A stretch of 64,000 nt of DNA from a virus. Its lineage: Duplodnaviria; Caudoviricetes. Positions 9,138-17,753 of this stretch are shown in pieces (the first letter of the stretch is position 1; each line of letters starts with the position of its first letter). The stretch is from IMG/VR virus record IMGVR_UViG_3300024346_000006, one strand, 5' to 3'. The notes beneath the pieces were generated by a model that had not been told where the DNA came from, made no database searches, and worked only from the letters and a program-made list of their open reading frames with translations. A program made the position numbers and the translations under genes.

Positions 9138-9766
9138 TATTGTAACATGGCCCTTAAATTAAATGACATTGTTATTCTTTCATCACCAATATGTTCTGCA
9201 ACCCCATGTTCATAATCGGCGGGGAAGATTGCAACATAACCTTCTTTACCAGTATACTGAACCTCATTATTGAAATTTGTCGGCGAAGATTCAGTATTTT
9301 TTACATATAGAACACCAGATAGTTGGCCAACATGAGTATGCATTGGATTTACATCACCAGTATTTGCATAATTAATCCAAACACCCCAATCATAGTGATC
9401 TTGATTTCCATATAAAGAAACTCTATGACGTAAAATTTCTAACCTTTCTTCCATACTCTTTTTTCGCAATGGTGGATATGTTTTTGCAATATACAACTTT
9501 CCAAGTGCAATCAAATACGCCTGTGTGAAAGAAGACTCCTGTAAATGTTTAGGAACACTAATTTGATAACTGTTTAGTCCAGCATTAATATGTTCTAGTA
9601 ATATACTTAACTCATGATCTTTAAACTTTCTACAATGTTCAGTCCACTCCAGTAATTCTTGGTGTATCGCAGTTGGAAGTTTACCAACAAAAACTGGAGT
9701 ATTTTCTAAGAACTGAAACCCTTCGTATATGTTTAACAGATCCTTTACAGATTGTTGTTTCATCAC
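9137..9766 (-). CDS. 2OG-Fe(II) oxygenase-like protein
   Basis: WINY...NPMHTH...LSGVLYV...IFPADYEHGV...RITMSFN. Confidence 0.75.
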   Translation of the reverse strand: MMKQQSVKDLLNIYEGFQFLENTPVFVGKLPTAIHQELLEWTEHCRKFKDHELSILLEHINAGLNSYQISVPKHLQESSFTQAYLIALGKLYIAKTYPPLRKKSMEERLEILRHRVSLYGNQDHYDWGVWINYANTGDVNPMHTHVGQLSGVLYVKNTESSPTNFNNEVQYTGKEGYVAIFPADYEHGVAEHIGDERITMSFNLRAMLQ

Positions 9767-10146
9767 ATACTGTTTTCTGGATACTTTTCTGGTTCTTGTG
9801 TATCTTCATCGACTACAGTTGTATCCTCATCAACTACAACTTCTGCATCTTCCACTACAGTTTCGTCAAGGTTTTCTGGATTGACAAATACTTCCTTTTC
9901 AATTTGTGTTTCAGTACCCTCTGCATCAACCATATTAATTTTAGCGGATGATTGTGGGGCAACTTGCCCCGACAACCCCTGAGTTCTCATTGCATGAGCA
10001 ATCATTCTTCTAATACGTTTTTCTTGCAATTTTTGATTATTTTCTGCAACTTTCAACGCAAGCCGATGTTTTCTACGTTTAGTATTATGCAGGCCATGTT
10101 TTTTAGCCCTTTGTGCAACACCAGCTCTATCTTTTAGTTTATACAT
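9763..10146 (-). CDS. Hypothetical protein with basic N-terminus and acidic C-terminus
   Basis: 127-aa ORF, overlapping stop/start with neighbours. Confidence 0.6.
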   Translation of the reverse strand: MYKLKDRAGVAQRAKKHGLHNTKRRKHRLALKVAENNQKLQEKRIRRMIAHAMRTQGLSGQVAPQSSAKINMVDAEGTETQIEKEVFVNPENLDETVVEDAEVVVDEDTTVVDEDTQEPEKYPENSM

Positions 10147-10363
10147 TCAATTCTTCTCCAAGTTTTTTAATTCCAAGTGCCCAATTTTCTGCAGCATCCT
10201 CTACATAGTTTATAGAGTTTTGCGGAAAATCTTCTGTGAAAAATAACAATCCTTCATTGTCAAAATATTTGATAAGATTGATATTTTGTACAAAATCGAC
10301 ATGCACCTCTGCATATCCTTTTTGATTATCAGCGTAATAGGTAGATATTTTTCGTGTTTTCAT
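10139..10363 (-). CDS. Hypothetical phage protein
   Basis: Probable start MKTRKIS with ggagaat RBS. Confidence 0.6.
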   Translation of the reverse strand: MKTRKISTYYADNQKGYAEVHVDFVQNINLIKYFDNEGLLFFTEDFPQNSINYVEDAAENWALGIKKLGEELNV

Positions 10364-10397
10364 TTTATTCTCCCTGTATAAACTGCACACTGTGCAT

Positions 10398-10429
10398 AAA
10401 AAAGGGGATGTAGAAATTTACATCCCTTT
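10398..10429 (-). terminator. Intrinsic terminator
   Basis: Stem gggatgta/tacatccc; A-run gives a U-tract on the minus strand. Confidence 0.65.
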
Positions 10430-10433
10430 GTCT

Positions 10434-10706
10434 TTAATTCGTATTCTTAGTCGCAATCCGATTCATCATATCATTAAATTCATTGGGATCTAGTAATCGA
10501 TCTCTATTTTTTTCAAAGTGGTTATCTAATATTTCTATCCTAACTAACTCCATCAGAGTTTCTGCAATTTGTCTTTTTTTCGGCGAACATGAAGTCAAAT
10601 ATATTGACAATTCGGCATTCGATGTACAACTCCACAATTCGTCCATAATACCATGATATTTTTTTGGTATGTTATCGACTCTAAGTTCCATATTGGTCTC
10701 CTCATT
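10434..10706 (-). CDS. Hypothetical protein
   Basis: Probable start MNEETNMEL; the longer ORF call overlaps the hydrolase. Confidence 0.5.
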   Translation of the reverse strand, partial: NEETNMELRVDNIPKKYHGIMDELWSCTSNAELSIYLTSCSPKKRQIAETLMELVRIEILDNHFEKNRDRLLDPNEFNDMMNRIATKNTN

Positions 10707-10714
10707 CATATTTA

Positions 10715-11281
10715 TTACCATTTTGCACGATAAAATATGTGCGAACCAATTCGGCCTATACGATCCTTTTTTGTTGTCCAATATGGTTTAACGTATGTTG
10801 CATGATAGTGTGTGGCACCCTCTGTCAATCCACGGTACGAACCAAGATAATAATCTCTTGCAAATTTTCTAGAACGATCCCATGAAGTAATATCTTTTGG
10901 AACATCCGATTTTCCATCACAATACCAAGAAAACTGACATTTGTGACGAGCCATTACTAATTTATTTGGATCTTTCCAAGATGGTTTCTTGTGCCCTTGA
11001 TATATCACATCACAAATTGTATCTGGAAAATGTTTATGGTTTACCCTATTCATTACAACATCACTAACAGCCATAGCATCAGCGAGTGAAACTGCCCTAG
11101 TTTCCCAATATACATTCAGTGCAAGACATTCTATAGAAGCAATATCATCAACAGTCATGGGGTTTTTATCTTCCATGTGTGTTGCAGCAGAAGCTACTGA
11201 GAGCATACTAACAACTATAAGTCCATTTAATGCAATTGTTGCAGTGTTTTTAAGTTTTCTTCCGAATTGTGTAAGTGTCAT
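10715..11281 (-). CDS. Cell wall hydrolase, SleB/Hydrolase_2 family, with N-terminal hydrophobic anchor
   Basis: CLALNVYWETR...VVMNRV...FPDTICDVIYQ...CQFSWYCDG...GATHYHA...IGSHIFY. Confidence 0.85.
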   Translation of the reverse strand: MTLTQFGRKLKNTATIALNGLIVVSMLSVASAATHMEDKNPMTVDDIASIECLALNVYWETRAVSLADAMAVSDVVMNRVNHKHFPDTICDVIYQGHKKPSWKDPNKLVMARHKCQFSWYCDGKSDVPKDITSWDRSRKFARDYYLGSYRGLTEGATHYHATYVKPYWTTKKDRIGRIGSHIFYRAKW

Positions 11282-11483
11282 TATGTGCCTCTTCCCATAT
11301 TAAATCATCACCAATATCCCAACCCATCTGATTTAGTAATTCAATAGGTAGGGGTAGTACAAGGTTTCCATCTGTGTCTTCCTCTAATTGTACTGACATC
11401 AGTTCATTTTCTTTCGCCTGTTCTTCTCTAAGGCGTCTGCCCATATAGTCCCAATAAGATTCACGACCAATATTATCAACCAT
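11250..11483 (-). CDS. Small protein with AbrB/SpoVT-like C-terminus
   Basis: DGNLVLPLPIELLNQMGWDIGDDLIW swapped-hairpin pattern. Confidence 0.5.
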   Translation of the reverse strand: MVDNIGRESYWDYMGRRLREEQAKENELMSVQLEEDTDGNLVLPLPIELLNQMGWDIGDDLIWEEAHNDTYTIRKKT

Positions 11484-11854
11484 TAACTAGGTTCTCCGTC
11501 ATTTTTGTTTTTATATGGTATAAAATTATCACCATTTAATATAAGACAACCATATCCATTTGGAAATACTGCTATAATACTGTATGAACCTTTCTCTGGA
11601 TTCATTAACCAAAAAGTCTCAACTTTGATCCACTGTCCATTTAACAATCTTAAAGTTGATATTGAACTACCTAATGGAAGTTCTCCGTATTGGTTTTGAA
11701 CCAACTCAAATAGGTAAGATGATTCGGTATCACAACTATGCATGGTTGCTAGTGGTGTTGGTGCTGGTCTTGGTTTTGGTTGGACTTCTTGTCCGTTTGC
11801 AAAACCCACTGTCATAAAGAGCAGGGGTAATGCTAGTACTGCTCTTTTGAACAT
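11483..11854 (-). CDS. Secreted/periplasmic hypothetical protein
   Basis: N-terminal signal peptide (MFKRAVLALPLLFMTVGFANG). Confidence 0.6.
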   Translation of the reverse strand: MFKRAVLALPLLFMTVGFANGQEVQPKPRPAPTPLATMHSCDTESSYLFELVQNQYGELPLGSSISTLRLLNGQWIKVETFWLMNPEKGSYSIIAVFPNGYGCLILNGDNFIPYKNKNDGEPS

Positions 11855-11891
11855 CTTGATACCTCTCTGTTGGGGGATTCCCAGCTACTAT

Positions 11892-12428
11892 TTATGCAGC
11901 TTCATACTCTTTATAGGAAACCACATCAAGAAGACGTTTTACCAGTTCACGACCATAATCCGTAAACATAATACCTTTGTCCCAAACCCATGACTCCACA
12001 CACTGAAAGTTATAAAACTCTTCGTCTTGAGTCAACCAACGCAAGGCAGTTTCTTCATCGGCCGCACCCAAATCGATAGTCTTTTGAACTAACGACTTGA
12101 AATTCTCAACAGCCTCTTCTTCCATACGCTCTTCATAACGAATTTGGTCGGCGGCTGCATTACCATAACTGTCAGCCATTTCTTCCAACTCTTTCATAGA
12201 CATATTTTCATAGTCTACCCAATATTTACGACCATATGCAGTTTTTGCACACTCCGCAATATCAACTGCGAATTGATACTTCTGATACTGCTCTATAGTA
12301 TAGATACCATACTCCGCCCAATGATCTGGATCAGAAACAGTTGTGGTATAAAAAGTCGAACCATTAGCTTCGCACTCTGCGACCCACTTGGCGTTTTGAG
12401 TTTCGATGTATTGTTGAAGTTCTGTCAT
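11892..12428 (-). CDS. Hypothetical acidic phage protein
   Basis: 178-aa ORF with ggagatat RBS. Confidence 0.7.
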   Translation of the reverse strand: MTELQQYIETQNAKWVAECEANGSTFYTTTVSDPDHWAEYGIYTIEQYQKYQFAVDIAECAKTAYGRKYWVDYENMSMKELEEMADSYGNAAADQIRYEERMEEEAVENFKSLVQKTIDLGAADEETALRWLTQDEEFYNFQCVESWVWDKGIMFTDYGRELVKRLLDVVSYKEYEAA

Positions 12429-12437
12429 AGATATCTC

Positions 12438-12683
12438 CTAGTAATCAATCGGGTCTTCATTATCATCATATCGAATTGGAGCGAAGTTGTCAAGCTCTTT
12501 TTCATCATATTGTGCAAAATATTCGTCCCAATATTCTTCAATATACCCCAACCAGACCCTCTCAGGGATTGCAGAAGGGCTCAGGCACATATTCTGGGGA
12601 AACAAGTGAGCATATTTTTTCAATGCCCATTCAAGGATATCGTCTGATACCATCTCGACCATGGACTTATGATTCCAACTCAT
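12438..12683 (-). CDS. Hypothetical protein
   Basis: 81-aa ORF coupled to its neighbour. Confidence 0.55.
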   Translation of the reverse strand: MSWNHKSMVEMVSDDILEWALKKYAHLFPQNMCLSPSAIPERVWLGYIEEYWDEYFAQYDEKELDNFAPIRYDDNEDPIDY

Positions 12684-12907
12684 CGAGCCATTCCTTCTCC
12701 AATACCATCTAGATAGATAAGGGATTGTTCTTCAACCCAAGCATCATATGCTTCTACCTCTACCAACTTTTGGCTGAAAAGGTTTTCCAAAGAAGTAAGT
12801 GCCATCCGCTTTTCGTCACTTGCACCTTCTTTGAATGCAATTATTGCATTCTCTAATACATCCAATTCTTCAAACATTCCAACAGTCATAATTAGCTCCC
12901 ACACCAA
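12680..12907 (-). CDS. Hypothetical protein
   Basis: 75-aa ORF; start uncertain. Confidence 0.5.
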   Translation of the reverse strand: MVWELIMTVGMFEELDVLENAIIAFKEGASDEKRMALTSLENLFSQKLVEVEAYDAWVEEQSLIYLDGIGEGMAR

Positions 12908-13203
12908 AGTTCTAAGTTTCCATCCTCAGTCACATCAAAGTTTTCGATAAAGATATGATTATTATCACCAGAGTTTTCGACTACCTCATTAGCAGCACGA
13001 TATAAATCCAACCAAGTATTTCCTTCAATTTTCGCACTCATTCCGTCATAAAGAACATAACGAACCTTTTTTGCTCGGAGAGGCATTTTTTCATTACAAC
13101 TGTTAATATGGTCGTAGATACTCCACCGAGCGGTGAATTGATTTGCCTCCTTGACACCATCCCAATACTGCATTTGACGTTCAAAAGGTAATTGACGTAA
13201 CAT
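12892..13203 (-). CDS. Hypothetical protein
   Basis: 103-aa ORF coupled to the upstream gene. Confidence 0.6.
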   Translation of the reverse strand: MLRQLPFERQMQYWDGVKEANQFTARWSIYDHINSCNEKMPLRAKKVRYVLYDGMSAKIEGNTWLDLYRAANEVVENSGDNNHIFIENFDVTEDGNLELWCGS

Positions 13204-13400
13204 TATACAAACTCCACATTATTTTCGAACATGTCGAAAGCAGATACGAAATCGACCTCCCCATTAGGGAGTTCAACAGTAAATTGAATATCGGGTAGTG
13301 AACCATATTCGACACGGCGGTCAACAACCGTGTTACCTGAGATTGAAGTAGCAGTCCAAACTGCATCCATGAAAGCTTTGAGTTCTGGAGTGACTGTCAT
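13203..13400 (-). CDS. Hypothetical early protein
   Basis: Probable start MTVTPELK just downstream of the promoter repeat. Confidence 0.55.
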   Translation of the reverse strand: MTVTPELKAFMDAVWTATSISGNTVVDRRVEYGSLPDIQFTVELPNGEVDFVSAFDMFENNVEFV

Positions 13401-13412
13401 AACGAATCCTTT

Positions 13413-13468
13413 TTTATTAACCTTACATGTATAATATAAGGGTTTTCGAACCAAATGTCAAGCCTTTT
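13413..13468 (-). repeat. 56-bp promoter repeat, copy A (TTGACA-17-TATATT)
   Basis: Matches 14307-14362 with one mismatch; -35 at 13456-13461, -10 at 13433-13438. Confidence 0.85.
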
Positions 13469-13660
13469 CTTCAAAAAAGAATCGTTTAAAATCAATGACT
13501 TATGATTTTTTTTGATCTTTTTTTCGAAAATCTTTTTCCCATGGAAGAGGGATTGTTTTCCCTCTTTTTTTCTCTTCAACAAGATGATCACTCATGTATG
13601 CAAAGAACCCCATGACAATCAGTACGAAAATGGAAAAAATTGTTTCTACAATTTCCACAG

Positions 13661-13984
13661 TTAATTTTCCTCAAATCCAATACCAGCGACACGATACTTC
13701 GTAGTACCCATTAACATTTGGTCACCAACACTGGTTGAACGCAAACCCCACTGTTTTCCATACTCGTCTGTATGTAGAGGAGCCATGACAGTAACATCAT
13801 CATTGTAATCGCCATTTACTTCATCTCCAAGATATTGTTCTTTGACACTCCAAGAACCCATTACATTATTAGTCCAACGATACGCATACTCTAGAGCTTC
13901 TGTACCGATTCGTTCACCAACTTCCACAAACGCAACAGTGCGTGGTGAATCTTCAAACGCTGTGTGAATAACTGCAACTTGCAT
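13661..13984 (-). CDS. Hypothetical phage protein
   Basis: 107-aa ORF ending GLRSTSVGDQM. Confidence 0.65.
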   Translation of the reverse strand: MQVAVIHTAFEDSPRTVAFVEVGERIGTEALEYAYRWTNNVMGSWSVKEQYLGDEVNGDYNDDVTVMAPLHTDEYGKQWGLRSTSVGDQMLMGTTKYRVAGIGFEEN

Positions 13985-14159
13985 TATTGTATTTCCTCTT
14001 TACGATAAACTTTAACTGCACCATCTTCATACATGACGGTAACTAATTCGTCACCACTCTCATCAGTATGAAGAGATGTCACTTCACCATTCACTGTCCA
14101 GTACCCATAATCAGTAATGATAGGGGCACCAATTTCCAACTCTTGGAACATCACATTCA

Positions 14160-14303
14160 TTATGCTACATCCAATTCTGCGTATGTTACTTTGGGGGATT
14201 TGCGAATCTCGTGAAAGAACTTTTTTGCCTGTTCATATGATTCGAATGAATAGACATGGGAATACTTTCCGTAGATTTTGTATATCACTTTGTACATCAT
14301 CAT
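14160..14303 (-). CDS. Small hypothetical early protein
   Basis: Probable start MMMYKVI immediately after promoter repeat copy B. Confidence 0.5.
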   Translation of the reverse strand: MMMYKVIYKIYGKYSHVYSFESYEQAKKFFHEIRKSPKVTYAELDVA

Positions 14304-14306
14304 TCC

Positions 14307-14362
14307 TTTATTAACTTTACATGTATAATATAAGGGTTTTCGAACCAAATGTCAAGCCTTTT
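14307..14362 (-). repeat. 56-bp promoter repeat, copy B
   Basis: See copy A; followed by hairpin aagtccttg-aaaaa-caaggactt at 14383-14405. Confidence 0.85.
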
Positions 14363-14425
14363 GTAAAAAAAAGATCAAAAAAAAGTCCTTGAAAAACAAG
14401 GACTTATAATTTTTTTAAAAAAATG

Positions 14426-14761
14426 TTAAATATTTACACTAACACCACACCCACAAGAACTCTTTGCTTGTGGATTGTCTACTATTAACATACTACCAGC
14501 GAGACTTTCTTGATAGTCAATGGTACTACCTAATACATAGATTAAACTATGACTATCTACTACAAATACTTTACCATCTGATAATTCTATAATTTCATCG
14601 GAGTCTTTTATAGGTTCTTCACTTCCAAGTTTCCAAAAGTACTCAAAACCAGCACACCCACCACCTTGCAATCCAAACATTATGTAAGTTTCGTTGTTTT
14701 TATTTAAAATATTCAGTAGGTGTGTTTTGGCGTTATTGGTTATCGATAAGACTGTAGGCAT
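14426..14761 (-). CDS. iscA: IscA/HesB-family Fe-S cluster assembly A-type carrier
   Basis: GGGCAGFEY and C-terminal SSCGCGVS motifs; GSTIDYQESLAGS. Confidence 0.9.
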   Translation of the reverse strand: MPTVLSITNNAKTHLLNILNKNNETYIMFGLQGGGCAGFEYFWKLGSEEPIKDSDEIIELSDGKVFVVDSHSLIYVLGSTIDYQESLAGSMLIVDNPQAKSSCGCGVSVNI

Positions 14762-14805
14762 TTAATTATCATTTTTTTGTTTCCCCAATTTTTCAGTATA
14801 TAAAT

Positions 14806-15048
14806 TTATTTATGTTTATTTTTATGTGAATTCGATTTTAACTTGGCCTTTAATTTGTCCATTTCACTACTGGTGTTCTCTTTTTTGTCCCTCTTTTCCA
14901 CTTCGACAACTTGTTCCCGCCGTAAGGAATGAATATAGTCTGTCTCAGCGAGTCCTTTTCTAAGTTCCGCAGCTCTACGTTTAATATCTCCCGTTCTTTC
15001 TTGGAGTCTATATGCTGGTTCATTTTGTTGTTGCTCTAAATATTCCAT
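14806..15048 (-). CDS. Hypothetical charged coiled-coil protein
   Basis: Probable start MEYLEQ; overlaps the end of the cyclase gene. Confidence 0.4.
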   Translation of the reverse strand: MEYLEQQQNEPAYRLQERTGDIKRRAAELRKGLAETDYIHSLRREQVVEVEKRDKKENTSSEMDKLKAKLKSNSHKNKHK

Positions 15049-17062
15049 CCCAATTTTCTGGGAGATCTTGCGTTGACATGTAATCACAACGTTCCATCCA
15101 CATATCGTAATATCCATCCATTTTACCATCAAAGTGTCCTTTCAGTAACTCACACAGTTCTATGGCCTTGTCGAACTGTTTCTTTCTATAAAACTTTAAC
15201 ATATTTCTATGTACTAATTTATACTTTGACCAATCGGCCTTTTCCTCATCTAATACCGTGTATATTGGCAACCCGATACTTTTTCCCTTTACCGCAAGGT
15301 CGTCTAGTTTTAAATAAAAGAAATCACCTTTAGTTCTTCTATATGTTTCTGGGCCGATAATCAATAATACACCATATGCCTTACATTGTCCTTCTAAACG
15401 TGCCGTAGTAGACACCGAATCTCCAAGGACATCATAACTATATCTTTTAGACGAACCCATCTCTCCAATATAACCAACACCAGTATTAATACCAGCACCC
15501 ATACCAACTGGTGGTCTTCCATCGGCAACAAGTCTATCGTTAAACTTCTCAACCGCCTTTAACATCTCCAATCCTGTTCTTACAGATGTATGTGCATGTG
15601 ATTCGTCATCAATTGGTGCGTTGTGAATATGCATAGATGCATCACCAATATACTTAATTATCATTCCGTTATTTTTTAGTACTGGTTCTGTAATAGCATC
15701 CATATATCCGTTCATTATCTCAGTCAGTCCCTGCACATCATCACCAAAAGATTCTCCTAACGGAGTGAATCCTCTCAAATCAGAAAAACAGATACTGATA
15801 TCTCTTTTAGTACCTTTCTTTACAAGGTCTGGATTTTCTTGTAATATTTTAACCACTGCTGGCGAAGCATATCCCTCAAACTGTTTCTTAATAGCCTGTT
15901 TCTGTAAGAACTCATCTAAAAATTTTACAACATATCTACTAAGTCCAACCAATAGTAATATTGCAGAAATGGTTGCACCATCAATGAGTAGATTCTCTGT
16001 TCTAAATGCATATATTGATCCACCAACAAATCCTACTATTGATACAACATAAAATCCCAATCCTAGATATGTCCACTTTGATAATAATATAATAAGAAGT
16101 CCTGCAACCACTAATGCAGTAATTTCTCCCCACACCTTTGCGTCTGGATGTCTTATTATATTAGATTCGTTGAATACGGTTCCTAACATCGCCGCCTGTA
16201 TTTCGTGTGGCCATACTCCACCTTTTGCGGTAGAAATTGGTTGTGTGACTCCAGATGCACTAACTCCAACAAATACAACTGCACCGTCAAAACTATCTGG
16301 TAAATCCATAATACTTGCACTTCTATATTTCTGCGACCAATCAATCCAAACTTCTCCCAATTCATTTGTCTGAATGGGCCCATATTGTGGTATTCTAAGT
16401 TTATCTACCCCCAATGGTGATAACTTAATTTGGAATGATTTGTCACCAGCAAGTACTCTCAATACTTCCATTGTCAAACTAGGGTATAAGTCACCACCAG
16501 ATTCAAAAACTAATGGGGCCCTTCTTGTAACACCATCAATTTCTGGATAAGTATCGGTTATCCCTGAACCAAGTGCATAAGTTTCAAGTAATTTAATATT
16601 AGATGTGATGCCAGATACACTTGGAATGAGATGCATAAACTCAGGATTAATAATTCCAGCGCCAGGGTTAATCGGTTCATTTTTATTCTCCTCTGATCCT
16701 ATAATACTCAGAATGACTGGATATTCCATCATTACTCTTGATAGAACTTCATCCTTTTCAAATCTATCACTTTCACTCATAAGTACATTAAATACAACTA
16801 ATCCTGCACCTCTATCGTACAAATCTTTAATTATATCTGCGTATATGTTTCGTGGAAACGGCCATTGTCCATATTGATTGATAGTTGCATCATCAATATT
16901 AACCGCATAGATATTGTTTTCTTGGGTTGGTTGATTTACTATAAGACTATCGAAATATCTAAGTCTTAAACTTTCTAATAAATTTGGATTGGTATAGTAC
17001 CCATAAGTACACAAAAGAAGTATGATAATACTCCATATTGGGGATAACAAAAACTTTCTCAT
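15020..17062 (-). CDS. CHASE2-domain membrane class III adenylate cyclase
   Basis: N-terminal TM; CHASE2 motifs (VNIDD..I..YGQWPFPR, DGVTRRAPL, HEIQA); three TMs; catalytic FSDLRGFT, IKYIGDA, GINTG, YDVLGDSVSTTARLE. Confidence 0.9.
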   Translation of the reverse strand: MRKFLLSPIWSIIILLLCTYGYYTNPNLLESLRLRYFDSLIVNQPTQENNIYAVNIDDATINQYGQWPFPRNIYADIIKDLYDRGAGLVVFNVLMSESDRFEKDEVLSRVMMEYPVILSIIGSEENKNEPINPGAGIINPEFMHLIPSVSGITSNIKLLETYALGSGITDTYPEIDGVTRRAPLVFESGGDLYPSLTMEVLRVLAGDKSFQIKLSPLGVDKLRIPQYGPIQTNELGEVWIDWSQKYRSASIMDLPDSFDGAVVFVGVSASGVTQPISTAKGGVWPHEIQAAMLGTVFNESNIIRHPDAKVWGEITALVVAGLLIILLSKWTYLGLGFYVVSIVGFVGGSIYAFRTENLLIDGATISAILLLVGLSRYVVKFLDEFLQKQAIKKQFEGYASPAVVKILQENPDLVKKGTKRDISICFSDLRGFTPLGESFGDDVQGLTEIMNGYMDAITEPVLKNNGMIIKYIGDASMHIHNAPIDDESHAHTSVRTGLEMLKAVEKFNDRLVADGRPPVGMGAGINTGVGYIGEMGSSKRYSYDVLGDSVSTTARLEGQCKAYGVLLIIGPETYRRTKGDFFYLKLDDLAVKGKSIGLPIYTVLDEEKADWSKYKLVHRNMLKFYRKKQFDKAIELCELLKGHFDGKMDGYYDMWMERCDYMSTQDLPENWDGIFRATTK

Positions 17063-17069
17063 TTTTACC

Positions 17070-17753
17070 TCAATTGTTTCCGTCTACAGTTACCGAGCAT
17101 CCTGCCGAATTTGTACAATATCCTGTAATACTATAAGATCCAGTAGATGAATTTACATTTTGACTCAAGTTTAATGTATATGCACCACCAGAATTAGTTA
17201 AATCTATTGCAGCTGTTGCACTATGACTACCTCTTTGGTTTACATCGACTGTATGTCCATCACCTGTAAGTACAATATCTGCCCATTTCTGTCCGTCATT
17301 CCCTCTTTGATACAGGTCTACTGTGTTACTGTCGCCCTGTATCTCTACAAAACCATCATGTCCAGCCTTACCCATTTGTATATGTTCTACTGTATTACTA
17401 TCGCCATTTACTATATTTGCTAAGTGGTGTGCTGCGCCGCCTCCACCACCTCTATTGGTATCTGTTTGATAACTTCCAACTGTATTTCCATCACCTGTTA
17501 CAGTCCAATATGCCTCATGGCCGCCCGTTTCATCACCATCATATGTATTATCATCATGAATACCTTGACGTATAGTAATATCGTTATTTGGGCCTGTAGA
17601 ATTTAGATTGATATAATTGTTTTCACTGCGTTGTTGAATCTCCAAAGTAAGATTGTCACCACTTTGAGTAATGTAGATTTCATTACTACTGACTTTGGAC
17701 GATATCAATAGTGTTGCTACCAACACCAAGGCGGTAATCGTATATTGCCTCAT
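17070..17753 (-). CDS. Curlin-repeat (CsgA/CsgB-like) secreted protein 1
   Basis: Signal peptide, then NEIYITQSGDN and repeated x-G-D-x-N-T-V-x-x-x-Q units. Confidence 0.75.
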   Translation of the reverse strand: MRQYTITALVLVATLLISSKVSSNEIYITQSGDNLTLEIQQRSENNYINLNSTGPNNDITIRQGIHDDNTYDGDETGGHEAYWTVTGDGNTVGSYQTDTNRGGGGGAAHHLANIVNGDSNTVEHIQMGKAGHDGFVEIQGDSNTVDLYQRGNDGQKWADIVLTGDGHTVDVNQRGSHSATAAIDLTNSGGAYTLNLSQNVNSSTGSYSITGYCTNSAGCSVTVDGNN

